64,000 nt of DNA from a virus. Positions 1 to 10,099 of the stretch are shown here, piece after piece (the stretch's first letter is position 1; each line of letters begins with the position of its first letter). The stretch spans positions 19,536 through 83,535 of IMG/VR virus record IMGVR_UViG_3300019360_000002, one strand, 5' to 3'. The position numbers and the translations under genes are program-made. The notes beneath the pieces are model-generated. The model was not told the origin of the DNA. It ran no database searches and saw nothing but the letters and a program-made list of their open reading frames with translations.

Positions 1-168
1 GGCGGCGAGGAGCTGGAGACCGAGAGTGTGACCGTGACCAAAGCTGGTCCGCTTCCAACCGCCGCTCTCGTCCAGAAGCCGGGCATGTCGAACAAGACCC
101 TGCTCATGATCGGCGGCGGTCTGGTGGCCGCCTACCTCCTGTTCGGCAAGAAGAAGAGGAGCAAGTAG
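1..168 (+). CDS. Partial small virion membrane protein (C-terminal TM plus basic tail)
   Basis: Frame 1 ends ...MSNKTLLMIGGGLVAAYLLFGKKKRSK*, TAG at 166-168. Confidence 0.7.
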   Translation, partial: GGEELETESVTVTKAGPLPTAALVQKPGMSNKTLLMIGGGLVAAYLLFGKKKRSK

Positions 169-417
169 ATGAGCTACGTTCTAAGAGGCGTAGGCGCCGG
201 CTTCGAGAAGGAAGGCGGAGGCGGCGCTCAGTCTGCGGTGCGCGGCGAGGGCCAATCGATCTCCGCTGGCCTTCAAGCGCTTGCCACCAAGATGTTCGGC
301 AACCAGCCCGGCCCGAGTGGTGGCGGTGGCGGTATGCTCAAGAGCCCGATCGTGCTCGGGGGCGGTGCCTTGGCCCTCTTCCTCTACCTGCGGTCGCGCA
401 AGAAGCGAGGCAGGTAA
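169..417 (+). CDS. Small Gly-rich virion membrane protein
   Basis: C-terminal TM IVLGGGALALFLYL followed by RSRKKRGR; abuts neighbouring genes. Confidence 0.7.
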   Translation: MSYVLRGVGAGFEKEGGGGAQSAVRGEGQSISAGLQALATKMFGNQPGPSGGGGGMLKSPIVLGGGALALFLYLRSRKKRGR

Positions 418-777
418 ATGGGCTACATCAAGGATGGACGCCTGAGCGGTCTCGGCGCTGTCACCTTAGTGCGCGACCACAGGGCCGGCGCCAAGGCCAC
501 CGAGTACGTGCAGCGAGAAGGCGAGACGCGTGCCCAGGCGACGGCCAGGGCCTACGCCGATCCCGCTGCGGCGGCGGCCGAGGCTGCGCAATACAAGCCC
601 GGCTATAAGCCCCCAGCGGCGCCCAAGGGCGGCGAGAGCGGTAGCAGCGAAGGCGGCGGTGCACCGCTTGCGCCCCAGACCTCGTTCTTCGGCATCCCGG
701 GCACCTACCTCCTTCTCGGAGGCGCGGGTCTGCTCGCACTTCTACTTTTGCGTCGCAAGAAGTCGGCGGCGCAGTAA
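418..777 (+). CDS. Small virion membrane protein
   Basis: C-terminal TM YLLLGGAGLLALLLL followed by RRKK; same architecture as the two preceding ORFs. Confidence 0.7.
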   Translation: MGYIKDGRLSGLGAVTLVRDHRAGAKATEYVQREGETRAQATARAYADPAAAAAEAAQYKPGYKPPAAPKGGESGSSEGGGAPLAPQTSFFGIPGTYLLLGGAGLLALLLLRRKKSAAQ

Positions 778-802
778 CATAGCGGCAATCCTGGAGGAAA
801 TC

Positions 803-1264
803 ATGCCCAAGTCGCGAGCGTTCGATCCCGAGAAGGAAGAGCTGAATCTCATCGCCGGAGATGGCCTGGTACGGACACAAGGGTCGATGGAGAAAGGCAT
901 CGCGTCCACGACCCGTCTCACCCAGAACGCTTTCGCTCACCCGATGATCCGCTACTCGGGCCGGTACGGCGAGTTCGTGCTGGAGGGCGACCTCTACCAG
1001 ATGCCGGTTTCGGCTGGCAAGTCCGAGCTGATGCTGCACATCATCTGCCCGGTGTGCTCGACGCCGGAGAAGCCGCACGCGCTACGCATCGTGTCGTCGA
1101 GGAAGAAGATGGAGTACGACAACACGCGCGGCATCTCGGTCGAGACCTTCGGTTGTACCTGGGAGCTGCCCGAGGCTGGAAACACGCCCGGTGCCTTGAA
1201 GTTCGGCATGGGCCTGTGCAAATGGCGAGTCGCAATCGAGAACAATCGCGCTCACGACGCATAA
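803..1264 (+). CDS. Hypothetical protein with putative Zn-binding Cys motifs
   Basis: GGAGG RBS before ATG 803 (MPKSRAF...); CPVC plus two later Cys. Confidence 0.7.
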   Translation: MPKSRAFDPEKEELNLIAGDGLVRTQGSMEKGIASTTRLTQNAFAHPMIRYSGRYGEFVLEGDLYQMPVSAGKSELMLHIICPVCSTPEKPHALRIVSSRKKMEYDNTRGISVETFGCTWELPEAGNTPGALKFGMGLCKWRVAIENNRAHDA

Positions 1265-1298
1265 CACGCCGTCCTAGGATGGCGAGGAGACCCGGCCT

Positions 1299-3746
1299 AT
1301 GGCCAACTTGTTCCTAGCCATCCCTGTACCCTCCGCCGACGGGCCTGGCGCGGCCGTCAACATCTCGGCGTTCGGCTGGGTCAAGTCGTTTTCGGTCGTC
1401 GGAAACCTCATCGGCAACATCACGCTTGAGATCTCGAACGACAACATCACCTGGAACCCGATCGCCACGCTGGTGGTCCCAGGCGACATCTGCACCTCGT
1501 TCGCGTCCATGTTCGTGCGCGCCAACGTCGCCGGCTACGTTTCTGGCGCAGCCATCATGGCAGTCGGCTCCGACGACGCAGGCACGCTCACCGCCGCCGT
1601 TTCAGTACCGCCCGGCAACGGCACGGGCGCACCTGTCAACATCTCGGCGTTCGGCCAGAAGAAGACCGTTCTCTACAGCGGCGGTACGATGTACACCGAC
1701 CTTACCGTCATCGTGGAAATCAGCGAAGACGGTGTGACGTTCTCGGAGCTGGCCTCCTTCTCCGGGCCGGTTCCGGCTGCACGCTCGTTCGAGTGCTCGC
1801 TCCAGTCTATCCGCACCACCGTTATCGGCTTTGTAAGCGGCGTGGTCACGGTGAGCGTATCGGCGGTGAACGATCCCGCATCGGGCTCGGACACGCTCCA
1901 GCAGGCATACGACGCCTCGACCGGGGTGCCTGTCGACATCCAGCTCTCCGTGGTCAACGGTGGTATTCGCATCCTGGGCGCTCCCGGCGTGCCGGACCCG
2001 CTATTCGCTGTCGTCGACAATGCCGGCAACATCGCACTCGCGGTGCAGAGCGCACCGGCCAGCGCCGTTGTGATTCGCAATCTCACGCTAAACGACGGCG
2101 GCACCGCCGCATTCCTCGAAGGCGACTCAGGTTCAACCGCGCCCGTGTCGGCCGCGTCAACCGGGCGTATCCGCTACAACGAGGTCGCCCAGAAGTGGCA
2201 GATCAGCGAGAACGGGGGCGCGTACTTCTCGCTCGACGGCATCACCACGCTGCAAGAGGCGTACGATGCCTCGGTTGGCACACCAGTCAACATCCAGCTC
2301 GCGGCAGTCAGAGGCGGCATCCGTATTCTCGATGTGGCCGCTCAGACCACGCCGTCATTCGAGGTGTCGTCCAGCGCATCCCCACAAGACTCAATCATGG
2401 TCACCCGCACATTTGCGGGCGGCGGCATCGGTATTGACGTATCGATGGCTGTCGGCACGACCGGCACCGGCATCAACATCAGCCACAGCGGCAGCGGTGC
2501 TCCGTTCGCCATCACGCACAGCGCGGGCGCGGCCACAAGTTGGGCATTGACACGCACCCCCGGCGTGGTGACTGCCGGCACCGGGATCAACATCGTGTAC
2601 GGCGCCAATACGACGGGGATAGTCGCTAATATCTCGCAGTCAGGCAGTGGCAACGTCATCCAAGTCACCAACACAGGCGCGGGCGCGATATTAAACTTGC
2701 TCGCGACGGGCGCGGGTCAGGTCGCTTCCTGGTCACACTCGGGTACCAACGCGACGCCGTTCTCGTGGAACAACAGCTCGAACACGGCCGGCGTCTCCAC
2801 CTCGTGGACACGACTTCCGACGGTGGCGACGGGCGGCACGATCTTCCGTCTCAGCTCTAACATCAACTTCACCGGCATCAGCCTTGAAATCATCTCCGGG
2901 GGCGCAGGCGGAACTGACACCGGCATCTTGATGATCATGCGCGGCAGTGGTGCCGGCGCGAGCTTTAGCGACCAGGCTCCCAACGCCCACACCGGCACGA
3001 TGCTGGCGCTTCAACACAACATCACCGGGTCAACCGGACTTCTGCTTTCCATGGCAAAGAACCCGGCGGCAGCTACCGCAGGCGACCTGTGCTCAATCAC
3101 AATGGGTGTTAACACGTCGGGCAACGTGTGGACAATTTCACAATCTGGTACGGGTCATGTGTTCAACGTCACCGAGACTGCGACAGGCACCGGCCGTCTC
3201 GTCAACACGAGTTGGCTGGGCACTGGTGAAATCTGGCGCTTTACCGGCACGGCCGGCGCCATCCTCAATGTCCGCACCGTAGACGGCCGCGAGGGCATCG
3301 GCGTCGTGCCGGCCACCAACGGTACCGGCGTATCACCGCTGCTTGCCTACAAGCGCCAGGGCGCCGGCTTCGCCAACTCCGAGGGCCAGATGGCTCACGG
3401 CACAGGAACGACGGTGGGGGCGGTGAGTTCGCAGATCATCACCCTCGCCTTGCTCGACAACACCACGTACATCCTGTGGGCCAAGGTCGCTGGGCGCGAC
3501 GCAGGCGGCGTGAACCGTGGCGCGTACATCCTCGCTGCCGGAGTGTTCCGGCAGGCTGCCGGCGTAGCAACCTTCATCGACGCGGCATCACCCTCGGTGG
3601 AGTTCGTTAGCCGAACCGTCGCCGGACTCACGGCGACGTTCGACGTGTCCGGCAACAACGTGCGCGTGACCGTTACCGGCATCGCCGCCCAGACCATCCA
3701 CTGGGCCGCCGACCTCTGGTACGAGCAGGTGACTACAAGTGCGTAA
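1299..3746 (+). CDS. Spike/fibre-like virion protein, paralog 1 (815 aa)
   Basis: AGGAG RBS; tandem ~95-aa beta-rich N-terminal domains shared with 5008 and 6956; duplicated TLQxAYDAS...IQL...GGIRIL module; long G/T/S/A beta-solenoid-like region. Confidence 0.7.
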   Translation: MANLFLAIPVPSADGPGAAVNISAFGWVKSFSVVGNLIGNITLEISNDNITWNPIATLVVPGDICTSFASMFVRANVAGYVSGAAIMAVGSDDAGTLTAAVSVPPGNGTGAPVNISAFGQKKTVLYSGGTMYTDLTVIVEISEDGVTFSELASFSGPVPAARSFECSLQSIRTTVIGFVSGVVTVSVSAVNDPASGSDTLQQAYDASTGVPVDIQLSVVNGGIRILGAPGVPDPLFAVVDNAGNIALAVQSAPASAVVIRNLTLNDGGTAAFLEGDSGSTAPVSAASTGRIRYNEVAQKWQISENGGAYFSLDGITTLQEAYDASVGTPVNIQLAAVRGGIRILDVAAQTTPSFEVSSSASPQDSIMVTRTFAGGGIGIDVSMAVGTTGTGINISHSGSGAPFAITHSAGAATSWALTRTPGVVTAGTGINIVYGANTTGIVANISQSGSGNVIQVTNTGAGAILNLLATGAGQVASWSHSGTNATPFSWNNSSNTAGVSTSWTRLPTVATGGTIFRLSSNINFTGISLEIISGGAGGTDTGILMIMRGSGAGASFSDQAPNAHTGTMLALQHNITGSTGLLLSMAKNPAAATAGDLCSITMGVNTSGNVWTISQSGTGHVFNVTETATGTGRLVNTSWLGTGEIWRFTGTAGAILNVRTVDGREGIGVVPATNGTGVSPLLAYKRQGAGFANSEGQMAHGTGTTVGAVSSQIITLALLDNTTYILWAKVAGRDAGGVNRGAYILAAGVFRQAAGVATFIDAASPSVEFVSRTVAGLTATFDVSGNNVRVTVTGIAAQTIHWAADLWYEQVTTSA

Positions 3747-3764
3747 GCCGCAGCGAGGTATATC

Positions 3765-4151
3765 ATGAGTCTCGGTCAGATCATCGCGGAATGGCGGGTC
3801 AACGCCGTCCTCACCGTCACGTCTATTGACAGTGCGTTCTTCCTGCCGACCGCCCCCAACAACTACCAGATCATCGAAGTCGGACTGTGGCGTCGCCTCG
3901 CCGGCCTCGCTGGGTCGACGGTCTTCGATCTCTTACAGGGTGCGGGTGGCGCCGCTGCCGCTACGCTCTACACGTCCCCCGCCAACCGGCCCACGGTCAC
4001 CGCCGCCTCGGGTAACAACCGCCTGGTGACTGCCATGTTGCCGGACATCGTAGTGGTACCTGCCGGCACCCGACTTGAGGTCAGCATCGCCGCTGTCGAG
4101 ACCGGCACCCCAACCGACGCGACCTTACGCGTGCTGATGAAGCGGCTATAG
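3765..4151 (+). CDS. Small beta-rich virion-like protein
   Basis: GAGGT RBS; alternating hydrophobic pattern; lies in the structural cluster. Confidence 0.6.
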   Translation: MSLGQIIAEWRVNAVLTVTSIDSAFFLPTAPNNYQIIEVGLWRRLAGLAGSTVFDLLQGAGGAAAATLYTSPANRPTVTAASGNNRLVTAMLPDIVVVPAGTRLEVSIAAVETGTPTDATLRVLMKRL

Positions 4152-4402
4152 CTCATGGCGAGCAACCTACCACTCACGCCGTTAAGCGCCGCCTCTATGT
4201 CGCTGACATCGGATGGACTGACGTTCGCCGATGTCATCGCCATCGCCCCAGTCGCGGGCAGCCTTGGCATCGTCGTCCGCAACATCCCATCCGGCATCCG
4301 TGGTGCTCCTGATTCCTACGATCCCGCCGACGTGCTGGCGTTCTTGGAGGGCTCGAAGCAGGCCATCCGGCTATTGTGATAGGCTTGCGCTGAGGAGAAA
4401 TC

Positions 4403-4696
4403 ATGGACTACAACAAAATTGAAAACTCTGCTCCCGCAATCCCGGCAACCGGCGCGCTTCCAGCGCAGGCGCCTCTCGTTCCGCCTGCGCCGCCCGAGGC
4501 TTTCTTGGTGGCCCGAGAAGACGTGCTCACCATCTTGCTCCAGCACGAACAGGAGCAGAGGCTCGCCGCTCAGACAGCGGCGCTCAAGACGGAGCAGACC
4601 CTACTGCGCCTCCAGCTGTCTCAGAAGTACGGGGTTGACTTCACCCAGTACACGATCGACACGCTAAACAACGTAGCGAAAAGGAACCCCAAATGA
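4403..4696 (+). CDS. Hypothetical protein, possible fibre assembly chaperone
   Basis: GAGGAG RBS; Pro-rich N-terminus then a coiled-coil segment. Confidence 0.6.
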   Translation: MDYNKIENSAPAIPATGALPAQAPLVPPAPPEAFLVAREDVLTILLQHEQEQRLAAQTAALKTEQTLLRLQLSQKYGVDFTQYTIDTLNNVAKRNPK

Positions 4697-4983
4697 ATGT
4701 CGATGTCGATTACGACACCCCGGAAAAACAGCCGGATGTGACCAAGTGCGTGCTCGTCATCAGTGGCGTCGACCCCCAGGCGCTCACCGTATCCGGCGTA
4801 TGCTTGCAGCAAGACGGGAGTGGCGTTACCCGGGGTTCGCCGATCCCGTTTATCAATCTGCCCGTAGGGATGGTTGGGCTCACAGCGCTCGCTGATGACA
4901 CGGTGGCGGCCCTTCAGACCGAGATAAACCCGTCCACCGGCAAGCCGTACTTGCCGAAAGGCAAGATCGTCGTCACGCCGTAG
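4693..4983 (+). CDS. Hypothetical protein
   Basis: ATGA overlap with the upstream gene. Confidence 0.6.
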   Translation: MNVDVDYDTPEKQPDVTKCVLVISGVDPQALTVSGVCLQQDGSGVTRGSPIPFINLPVGMVGLTALADDTVAALQTEINPSTGKPYLPKGKIVVTP

Positions 4984-5007
4984 TCGCGACTCACAAGGAG
5001 CTAGCAA

Positions 5008-6921
5008 ATGGCTAACGTGTTTCTCGACATCATCGTTCCGACCTCCAACGGCCCTGGCCCAGCGGTCAACATCGCGGCTTTGGGCTACCTCAAGCGGTTC
5101 TCGATGACGGGCGTGTTCGAAGGCACCGTCAACATCGAGATCTCAAACGATGGTGTCTTGTGGTCTCCGCTCACCACCTTCGTGGCCCCCGGCGACATCA
5201 AGAAGTCGTTCGCGGCGGGCTTCGTTCGCGCCAACGTGGTCGGCTACGTGTCCGGCGCCGCCGATCTGTCGGTCGGTTCGGACAACCCGGGCTCGGTGAT
5301 CGCGCTTCTGCCGGTGCCGGCTGGCAACGGTGTCGGAGCGCCCGTGATCGTCTCGGCGATGGGTCAGAACAAGACCTTCATCTACGACGGCGGCATGGAA
5401 GCCTCCATCATCATCGAGGTGAGCCAAGACGGTGTGACCTTCTCGCAGGCGGCAGCGTTTTCCGGCATGACGCCGGCCAACGTCAACGTCTGCGGCGCCA
5501 TCCAACAGGTGCGTATCCGTGTCGCCGGCTTCGTCATCGGCACGGCCGCTGTGTCGATGTGCGCCATCGTCGACTCCAGCGGTGGCGGCGGTGGCAGCGC
5601 CGGAGCCTTCGTTCCGATGGCCGGGCCGTTCCTCATTGGAGCCGGCACGCCCACGCGCTCTGGCGTCGGCATCTACGTGAACCCGATCGATCCGACGGCT
5701 GCCGACGACGGTAACCCGAGCACGCCCAAGCTCACCATCCAGGGCGCGCTCGACTCGATGACGCCGCAGGCCGGCGACGCGATCGAGGCGCAGAAGAGCT
5801 ACACCATCTTCGTCGCGCCCGGCTGCTATGACGCCGACATCAGCATCCCCAACAGCGTGTTCGCCTGGGCGATCAAGGTGACCCTCGTCGCACTCGGGCA
5901 CGTCACCATCGGCGACGGTGTGAACCCTGACGGCTCGTCCACGGTGCCGCGTAACGTGTTCTGGTCCACCGTGGGTACCGGCGAGTTCGGCTCCGAATCG
6001 TACGTCTCGTTCACCGCCCTCGATCCAGACGTGGCCTTCGGCGGCCCTCCCCCCGTACCGACTTGCTGGCGCGTCTCGGGCGACATCGTAGTTTCAGCCG
6101 TGGCCTTCGGAGGTGATCCGCCTGCGCCTGGTGGCCCGGCTGGTCCCCACACGCTGTGGCTCCATTCGATGCGCGTCGACGGCGGCATGAACACAACCAC
6201 CGACTCGCCGACCATCCGCTTCGTCTTCAGCGATGTGATCATCGTGGGCGACGCGATCTGCTTCACCGGTCCGCTTCTCCAAGCAGAACACGTATCCTTC
6301 TTCGGCGCCGCCCACTTCGCTGGTTGCGGCCTCGTCGAGAACAGCAACTTCCTTGGCGCGCTCACCAACTTCGAGGGCGGCTCTGTTCTCGCGGGTAGCG
6401 GAATGTTCGGGTGTCAAATCACCCTGAACCTCACCATCGCAGGCGGCGGTGTCATCTTCGTCGACGCCGTTACCAACAAGAATCTCGTCACCAACGGCGT
6501 GGTCGTAGTCGGCGGCGGCATGAAACTTCCAGCGCACGACGACCAAACGGTGATGTTCTGGGGCAACACCGATGTCGGCGCGGCTGCGGACACTCGCTTC
6601 CTCACACCCGGTTACGATACGGGGACTGCCAGTCTCACCAACGACAAGGAACTCGGTAACGGCGGCACCAAGACCGCGTACTGTCTCGAAGGCCGGCACA
6701 ACAACCCGGACGCTTCGGGCTTCAACGTCGTCTACACCCTGGTCGTGGACGGGGTTCCGTCCCTGCTCACGCTCACGCTGCCGGCCGGGGCGCCAGCGGG
6801 CAACAGCGCGCTTGTGAACGTCGATCTCGCCAGCGCCACCAAAATCTCCCTCCAAGCTGTGAAGACCGGCGCGCTCGTCGACGGTCTCCTCGGCGCGACC
6901 ATCACCCTGCGCGGCTACTAG
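5008..6921 (+). CDS. Spike/fibre-like virion protein, paralog 2 (637 aa)
   Basis: AAGGAG RBS; shared N-terminal domains; pectin-lyase-like entry motif (DG..STPKLTIQGALD...IFVAPGCY) suggests a beta-helix. Confidence 0.7.
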   Translation: MANVFLDIIVPTSNGPGPAVNIAALGYLKRFSMTGVFEGTVNIEISNDGVLWSPLTTFVAPGDIKKSFAAGFVRANVVGYVSGAADLSVGSDNPGSVIALLPVPAGNGVGAPVIVSAMGQNKTFIYDGGMEASIIIEVSQDGVTFSQAAAFSGMTPANVNVCGAIQQVRIRVAGFVIGTAAVSMCAIVDSSGGGGGSAGAFVPMAGPFLIGAGTPTRSGVGIYVNPIDPTAADDGNPSTPKLTIQGALDSMTPQAGDAIEAQKSYTIFVAPGCYDADISIPNSVFAWAIKVTLVALGHVTIGDGVNPDGSSTVPRNVFWSTVGTGEFGSESYVSFTALDPDVAFGGPPPVPTCWRVSGDIVVSAVAFGGDPPAPGGPAGPHTLWLHSMRVDGGMNTTTDSPTIRFVFSDVIIVGDAICFTGPLLQAEHVSFFGAAHFAGCGLVENSNFLGALTNFEGGSVLAGSGMFGCQITLNLTIAGGGVIFVDAVTNKNLVTNGVVVVGGGMKLPAHDDQTVMFWGNTDVGAAADTRFLTPGYDTGTASLTNDKELGNGGTKTAYCLEGRHNNPDASGFNVVYTLVVDGVPSLLTLTLPAGAPAGNSALVNVDLASATKISLQAVKTGALVDGLLGATITLRGY

Positions 6922-6955
6922 TTGCGAGTCACAACGTACTGAAAGGAGATTCTCG

Positions 6956-8323
6956 ATGGCAAACGCGTTTCTGAACATTCCAGTCCCTGCCGGCAACGGC
7001 GCAGGCGCACCCGTCGACACCTCGGCGCTGGGCTACGACAAGCTGTTCTCGCTGGTGGGGGCGTTCGAAGCGACGATCAACATCGAGATCTCAAACGACG
7101 GCGTGAACTGGGTCCAGCTCACCACGCTCACTGTCGCGAACGACATCCGAAAGCCGTTCGCGGCGCTGTTCATCCGCGCCGTTGTCTCAGGCTACCAATC
7201 AGGCGCCCCTGTTCTCTCCGTCGGTTCGGCCGATAGCACGGCCTCCAACATGGCCGCGCTGCCGGTACCCGTGGTTGACGGCGTGGGCGCCCCTGTAGAC
7301 GTGTCCATCTTCGGGCAACAGAAGACCATCCTCTACGCCGGGCTCGTGGCCTCGGTCACCATCGAGATCAGTCAAGACGGCGTGACCTTCTCGCAGGCGG
7401 CCTCGTTCTCCGGTCCGGTGCCGGCGAGCGTGAACTACTCGGGCGCGATCCGCTTCATGCGTGTGCGCGTAATGGGCCTGGTGAGTGGCACGGGCGTGGT
7501 GTCGGTGTGCGCGACCAAGGACGTGGGCGCGGCGGCAGCCTCCTCCATCCTGTGGGCTCCTGGCGGGGGAGGCGACGCCACGACCTGGGCCGAAGTCATG
7601 GGCTTCGTCGACGCTGCGAACGCGCCCATCACCATCTACGTGAACGCCAGCGCAACGATCCCGGTTGGCACCTACGAGCTTCACGGCTCCACGCTGGCCG
7701 CCGATCCGTCTTTCTCGGCCAGGGTAGTCACGTTCGCCGACGGCGCAGTGTTGAACAACCTGGGGCAGCTCTCTGGTCAACTCATCCTGGAAGGCACACA
7801 AACAGGCGGTCCGTGTCTTACCTTTGACGCGGCACCGCCAGGCACACCGAATTGTCTAATCCTTCATTTCACTCCCACCCTACGCAACAGTGGTATGGGA
7901 CCGATGATCGAAGTGCCGGCTGGCGGGTTCTTCATCTTCGCGTGTCTTTTCAACGGCACGTACGAATCAGGACCCGGCCAACCGCTCGCCAATCTGGGAG
8001 CAGGCGGCGTGTTTCTCATCGGCGCGTTCGGGTCGAGCCCGTTCGCCAACGACTTCCTCACCGGTCCAGTAGGATCGACACTGCTCTACCAGAACTTCGG
8101 TGGTATGCAATCTCCGCTACCGACGAACGCAGGCTTTCTCGGCACCACGCTCCAGAACATCCTATTCGGCGCGTCGTGCGTGAATGTAGCTGCGCGGCCG
8201 GTGAACCCATTTGGCGCGCTCAACGTCGGGACATCGGTCTTCGACCAGAGCCTCGGTGTCACCGGCCAGCCCATCTGGTGGGACGGCACGCAGTGGGTCG
8301 ACGCGACCGGAGCCCCGGCGTAG
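6956..8323 (+). CDS. Spike/fibre-like virion protein, paralog 3 (455 aa)
   Basis: AAGGAG RBS; shared N-terminal domains; C-terminal FD..LG..PIWWDGTQWVDATG motif typical of phage fibre/spike ends. Confidence 0.72.
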   Translation: MANAFLNIPVPAGNGAGAPVDTSALGYDKLFSLVGAFEATINIEISNDGVNWVQLTTLTVANDIRKPFAALFIRAVVSGYQSGAPVLSVGSADSTASNMAALPVPVVDGVGAPVDVSIFGQQKTILYAGLVASVTIEISQDGVTFSQAASFSGPVPASVNYSGAIRFMRVRVMGLVSGTGVVSVCATKDVGAAAASSILWAPGGGGDATTWAEVMGFVDAANAPITIYVNASATIPVGTYELHGSTLAADPSFSARVVTFADGAVLNNLGQLSGQLILEGTQTGGPCLTFDAAPPGTPNCLILHFTPTLRNSGMGPMIEVPAGGFFIFACLFNGTYESGPGQPLANLGAGGVFLIGAFGSSPFANDFLTGPVGSTLLYQNFGGMQSPLPTNAGFLGTTLQNILFGASCVNVAARPVNPFGALNVGTSVFDQSLGVTGQPIWWDGTQWVDATGAPA

Positions 8324-8337
8324 AATAGGAGATTGCG

Positions 8338-8628
8338 ATGCGCAATAACAGCTCGCCTGAAGAACACGCGCGCCGCGCCACCGAGGCAGAACGCAAGCTG
8401 GCAATCGAGGCCAGCTACTTCGACTCCTCGCGCATGGCGTACGCCGGCCTCACCCACTACGAGCTGTTTTGTCTGGAGCTGGGCGTGCTCGACGAGTGTT
8501 TGCGTTCAACAGGCAGCGTTACCGCCGTTGACGAAGCTCGCCTCGCCAGGTGGAACAAGGTCCGCGAAGTGATGCACATGAAGCTGAGACAAGCGCTCGG
8601 AAACAACGTCATGCCGGGACAGCGCTGA
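8338..8628 (+). CDS. Hypothetical protein
   Basis: AGGAG RBS; the ATG is the centre of a TTGCG-ATG-CGCAA palindrome. Confidence 0.6.
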   Translation: MRNNSSPEEHARRATEAERKLAIEASYFDSSRMAYAGLTHYELFCLELGVLDECLRSTGSVTAVDEARLARWNKVREVMHMKLRQALGNNVMPGQR

Positions 8629-8864
8629 TGCCCCGCCCGATCATCAGCTACGCGCCCCCGTCCCACCACGGCGTCACCACCCTCATGGCGGTAGGCAAGG
8701 ACGACGCACCCGAAGGAGACGCCATCTACTTCGACGCGGGCCGCGCCGTCAAGTACGCCGTCATCGGCGGCGCCGTGGGTGCGGTACGCGGCGGCCGGCG
8801 CACGACGAGCTACGCCCTCGTGGCCGCCGGTCTATCCCTCCTCGCCAACGCCTTCGGCAAATAA
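8628..8864 (+). CDS. Small membrane protein
   Basis: TGATG coupling; two hydrophobic segments. Confidence 0.6.
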   Translation: MPRPIISYAPPSHHGVTTLMAVGKDDAPEGDAIYFDAGRAVKYAVIGGAVGAVRGGRRTTSYALVAAGLSLLANAFGK

Positions 8865-8867
8865 TAG

Positions 8868-8896
8868 TTGACACGTCCCTGCCGCCCTGGCAGGCT
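8868..8896 (+). promoter_or_regulatory. Sigma70-like promoter
   Basis: TTGACA-17-CAGGCT. Confidence 0.5.
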
Positions 8897-8902
8897 CTCC
8901 TC

Positions 8903-8979
8903 TGCCGGGTCGTTGGCTCTGGGTTATCTCCGTAAAGAATGCACCTTCGGGTGCTCTCCCAGACCGCTTTTATCCGGCA
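8903..8979 (+). ncRNA. Candidate structured leader or small RNA
   Basis: Nested stems TGCCGGGT/ATCCGGCA and TCTGGG/CCCAGA plus a GCACC-TTCG-GGTGC hairpin, starting at the predicted TSS. Confidence 0.4.
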
Positions 8980-8988
8980 CCCTTTCTC

Positions 8989-9579
8989 ATGGGCTACGAA
9001 GCGACGCCACTACTCCGACCTCCTGCGATCGTTCGCGCCTTCGTGCCCGCTCTGCCTGGTAGCCTCTGGTCGCGCCTCGCCGTCGACTACGTGCGGGCTT
9101 TGCCGGACGTGATCCCGACGATGCTTCTCTCCCACCACTTGACGCCGCTGGCGATGCCGCCGTGGGACGAGTTCGCGCACCTGTTCTTCGGCACGGTGGG
9201 ATCGTGGTACGTGAACGTGGTTTTCGACGATCGCGACAAGCAGACCTTCGTCGAGCCCAGGATGATGCCGCCGCCCGAAGAGACCGAGTTCGCCATGGCG
9301 GAGGGCAGCGTGACCGCGCCGTGGCTGCCAGAGACCACACGCCCTCCGCTCTGCAAGTTCTGGACGGCTGGCGTCCCCAATATCCTCATCACCCGACCGC
9401 AGGGCAGGCCGCTCTCCACCGACGAGAAGACCATGATCGGCAAGTACGCGGCCGTGGTCACCGATATCGAAGCCGCCGTCGCCTCGATGGAGAAGGCGCT
9501 CGACCGACGCGTCTACACCTCACTGAACGTAGTCATAGAAGCCGAATTGCGATCCGCAACCGCCGGGGGTGCTCCGTGA
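8989..9579 (+). CDS. Hypothetical protein
   Basis: 196-aa ORF with high GC3; no SD in front. Confidence 0.65.
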   Translation: MGYEATPLLRPPAIVRAFVPALPGSLWSRLAVDYVRALPDVIPTMLLSHHLTPLAMPPWDEFAHLFFGTVGSWYVNVVFDDRDKQTFVEPRMMPPPEETEFAMAEGSVTAPWLPETTRPPLCKFWTAGVPNILITRPQGRPLSTDEKTMIGKYAAVVTDIEAAVASMEKALDRRVYTSLNVVIEAELRSATAGGAP

Positions 9580-9753
9580 GTCTGGAAAAACTTCAAGACC
9601 GCCACGTCACCGTCTTCTTCAAGGACTGCTCACGAGGGCGTCCTGCGCAAGCTCGCTCACCACGATCGTGCCTGGTGCGTCGAGGTGGAGAAGGACGGCA
9701 AGCTGTATCAGGTGCAGTTCCTCGACTGGGTTCCCTTAAACATCGTCGGCTAG
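9576..9753 (+). pseudogene. Small ORF apparently split by a frameshift near 9628
   Basis: GTG frame MSLEKLQDRHVTVFFKD continues plausibly only in another frame, HEGVLRKLAH...PLNIVG* (TAG 9751-9753). Confidence 0.4.
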
Positions 9754-9762
9754 GAGACCGCC

Positions 9763-10065
9763 ATGAGCAACCAGCACCCCATGCACGTTCTCTTCGAGAA
9801 GCTTCTGGCCGGCGCCCCCGAGGTCACTGGCGTCGACGGCAAGAAGGTCAAGGCGTTCACCGCCCAGGTGGCCTTCATCGGCAACACCGTGGCCGGCGCC
9901 ATCGCCGCCGGGCCGGCGGAGGGGACCTACATGATCCTCACCACCGGCAGGGACGAGCGCACCGGCATGGACATCGTGCTCGGTCGCATGTTCACCCCCG
10001 AGAACGTGCTCTACCTGGATGTGATGATCGGCGAAGGCCCCCGGGTCAAGCTCGCCGGCTCGTAG
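9763..10065 (+). CDS. Hypothetical protein
   Basis: AGGAG RBS; high GC3. Confidence 0.7.
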   Translation: MSNQHPMHVLFEKLLAGAPEVTGVDGKKVKAFTAQVAFIGNTVAGAIAAGPAEGTYMILTTGRDERTGMDIVLGRMFTPENVLYLDVMIGEGPRVKLAGS

Positions 10066-10099
10066 TCTGGTGTTCGCGTTTGCAGAAAGGAGGTAGACC

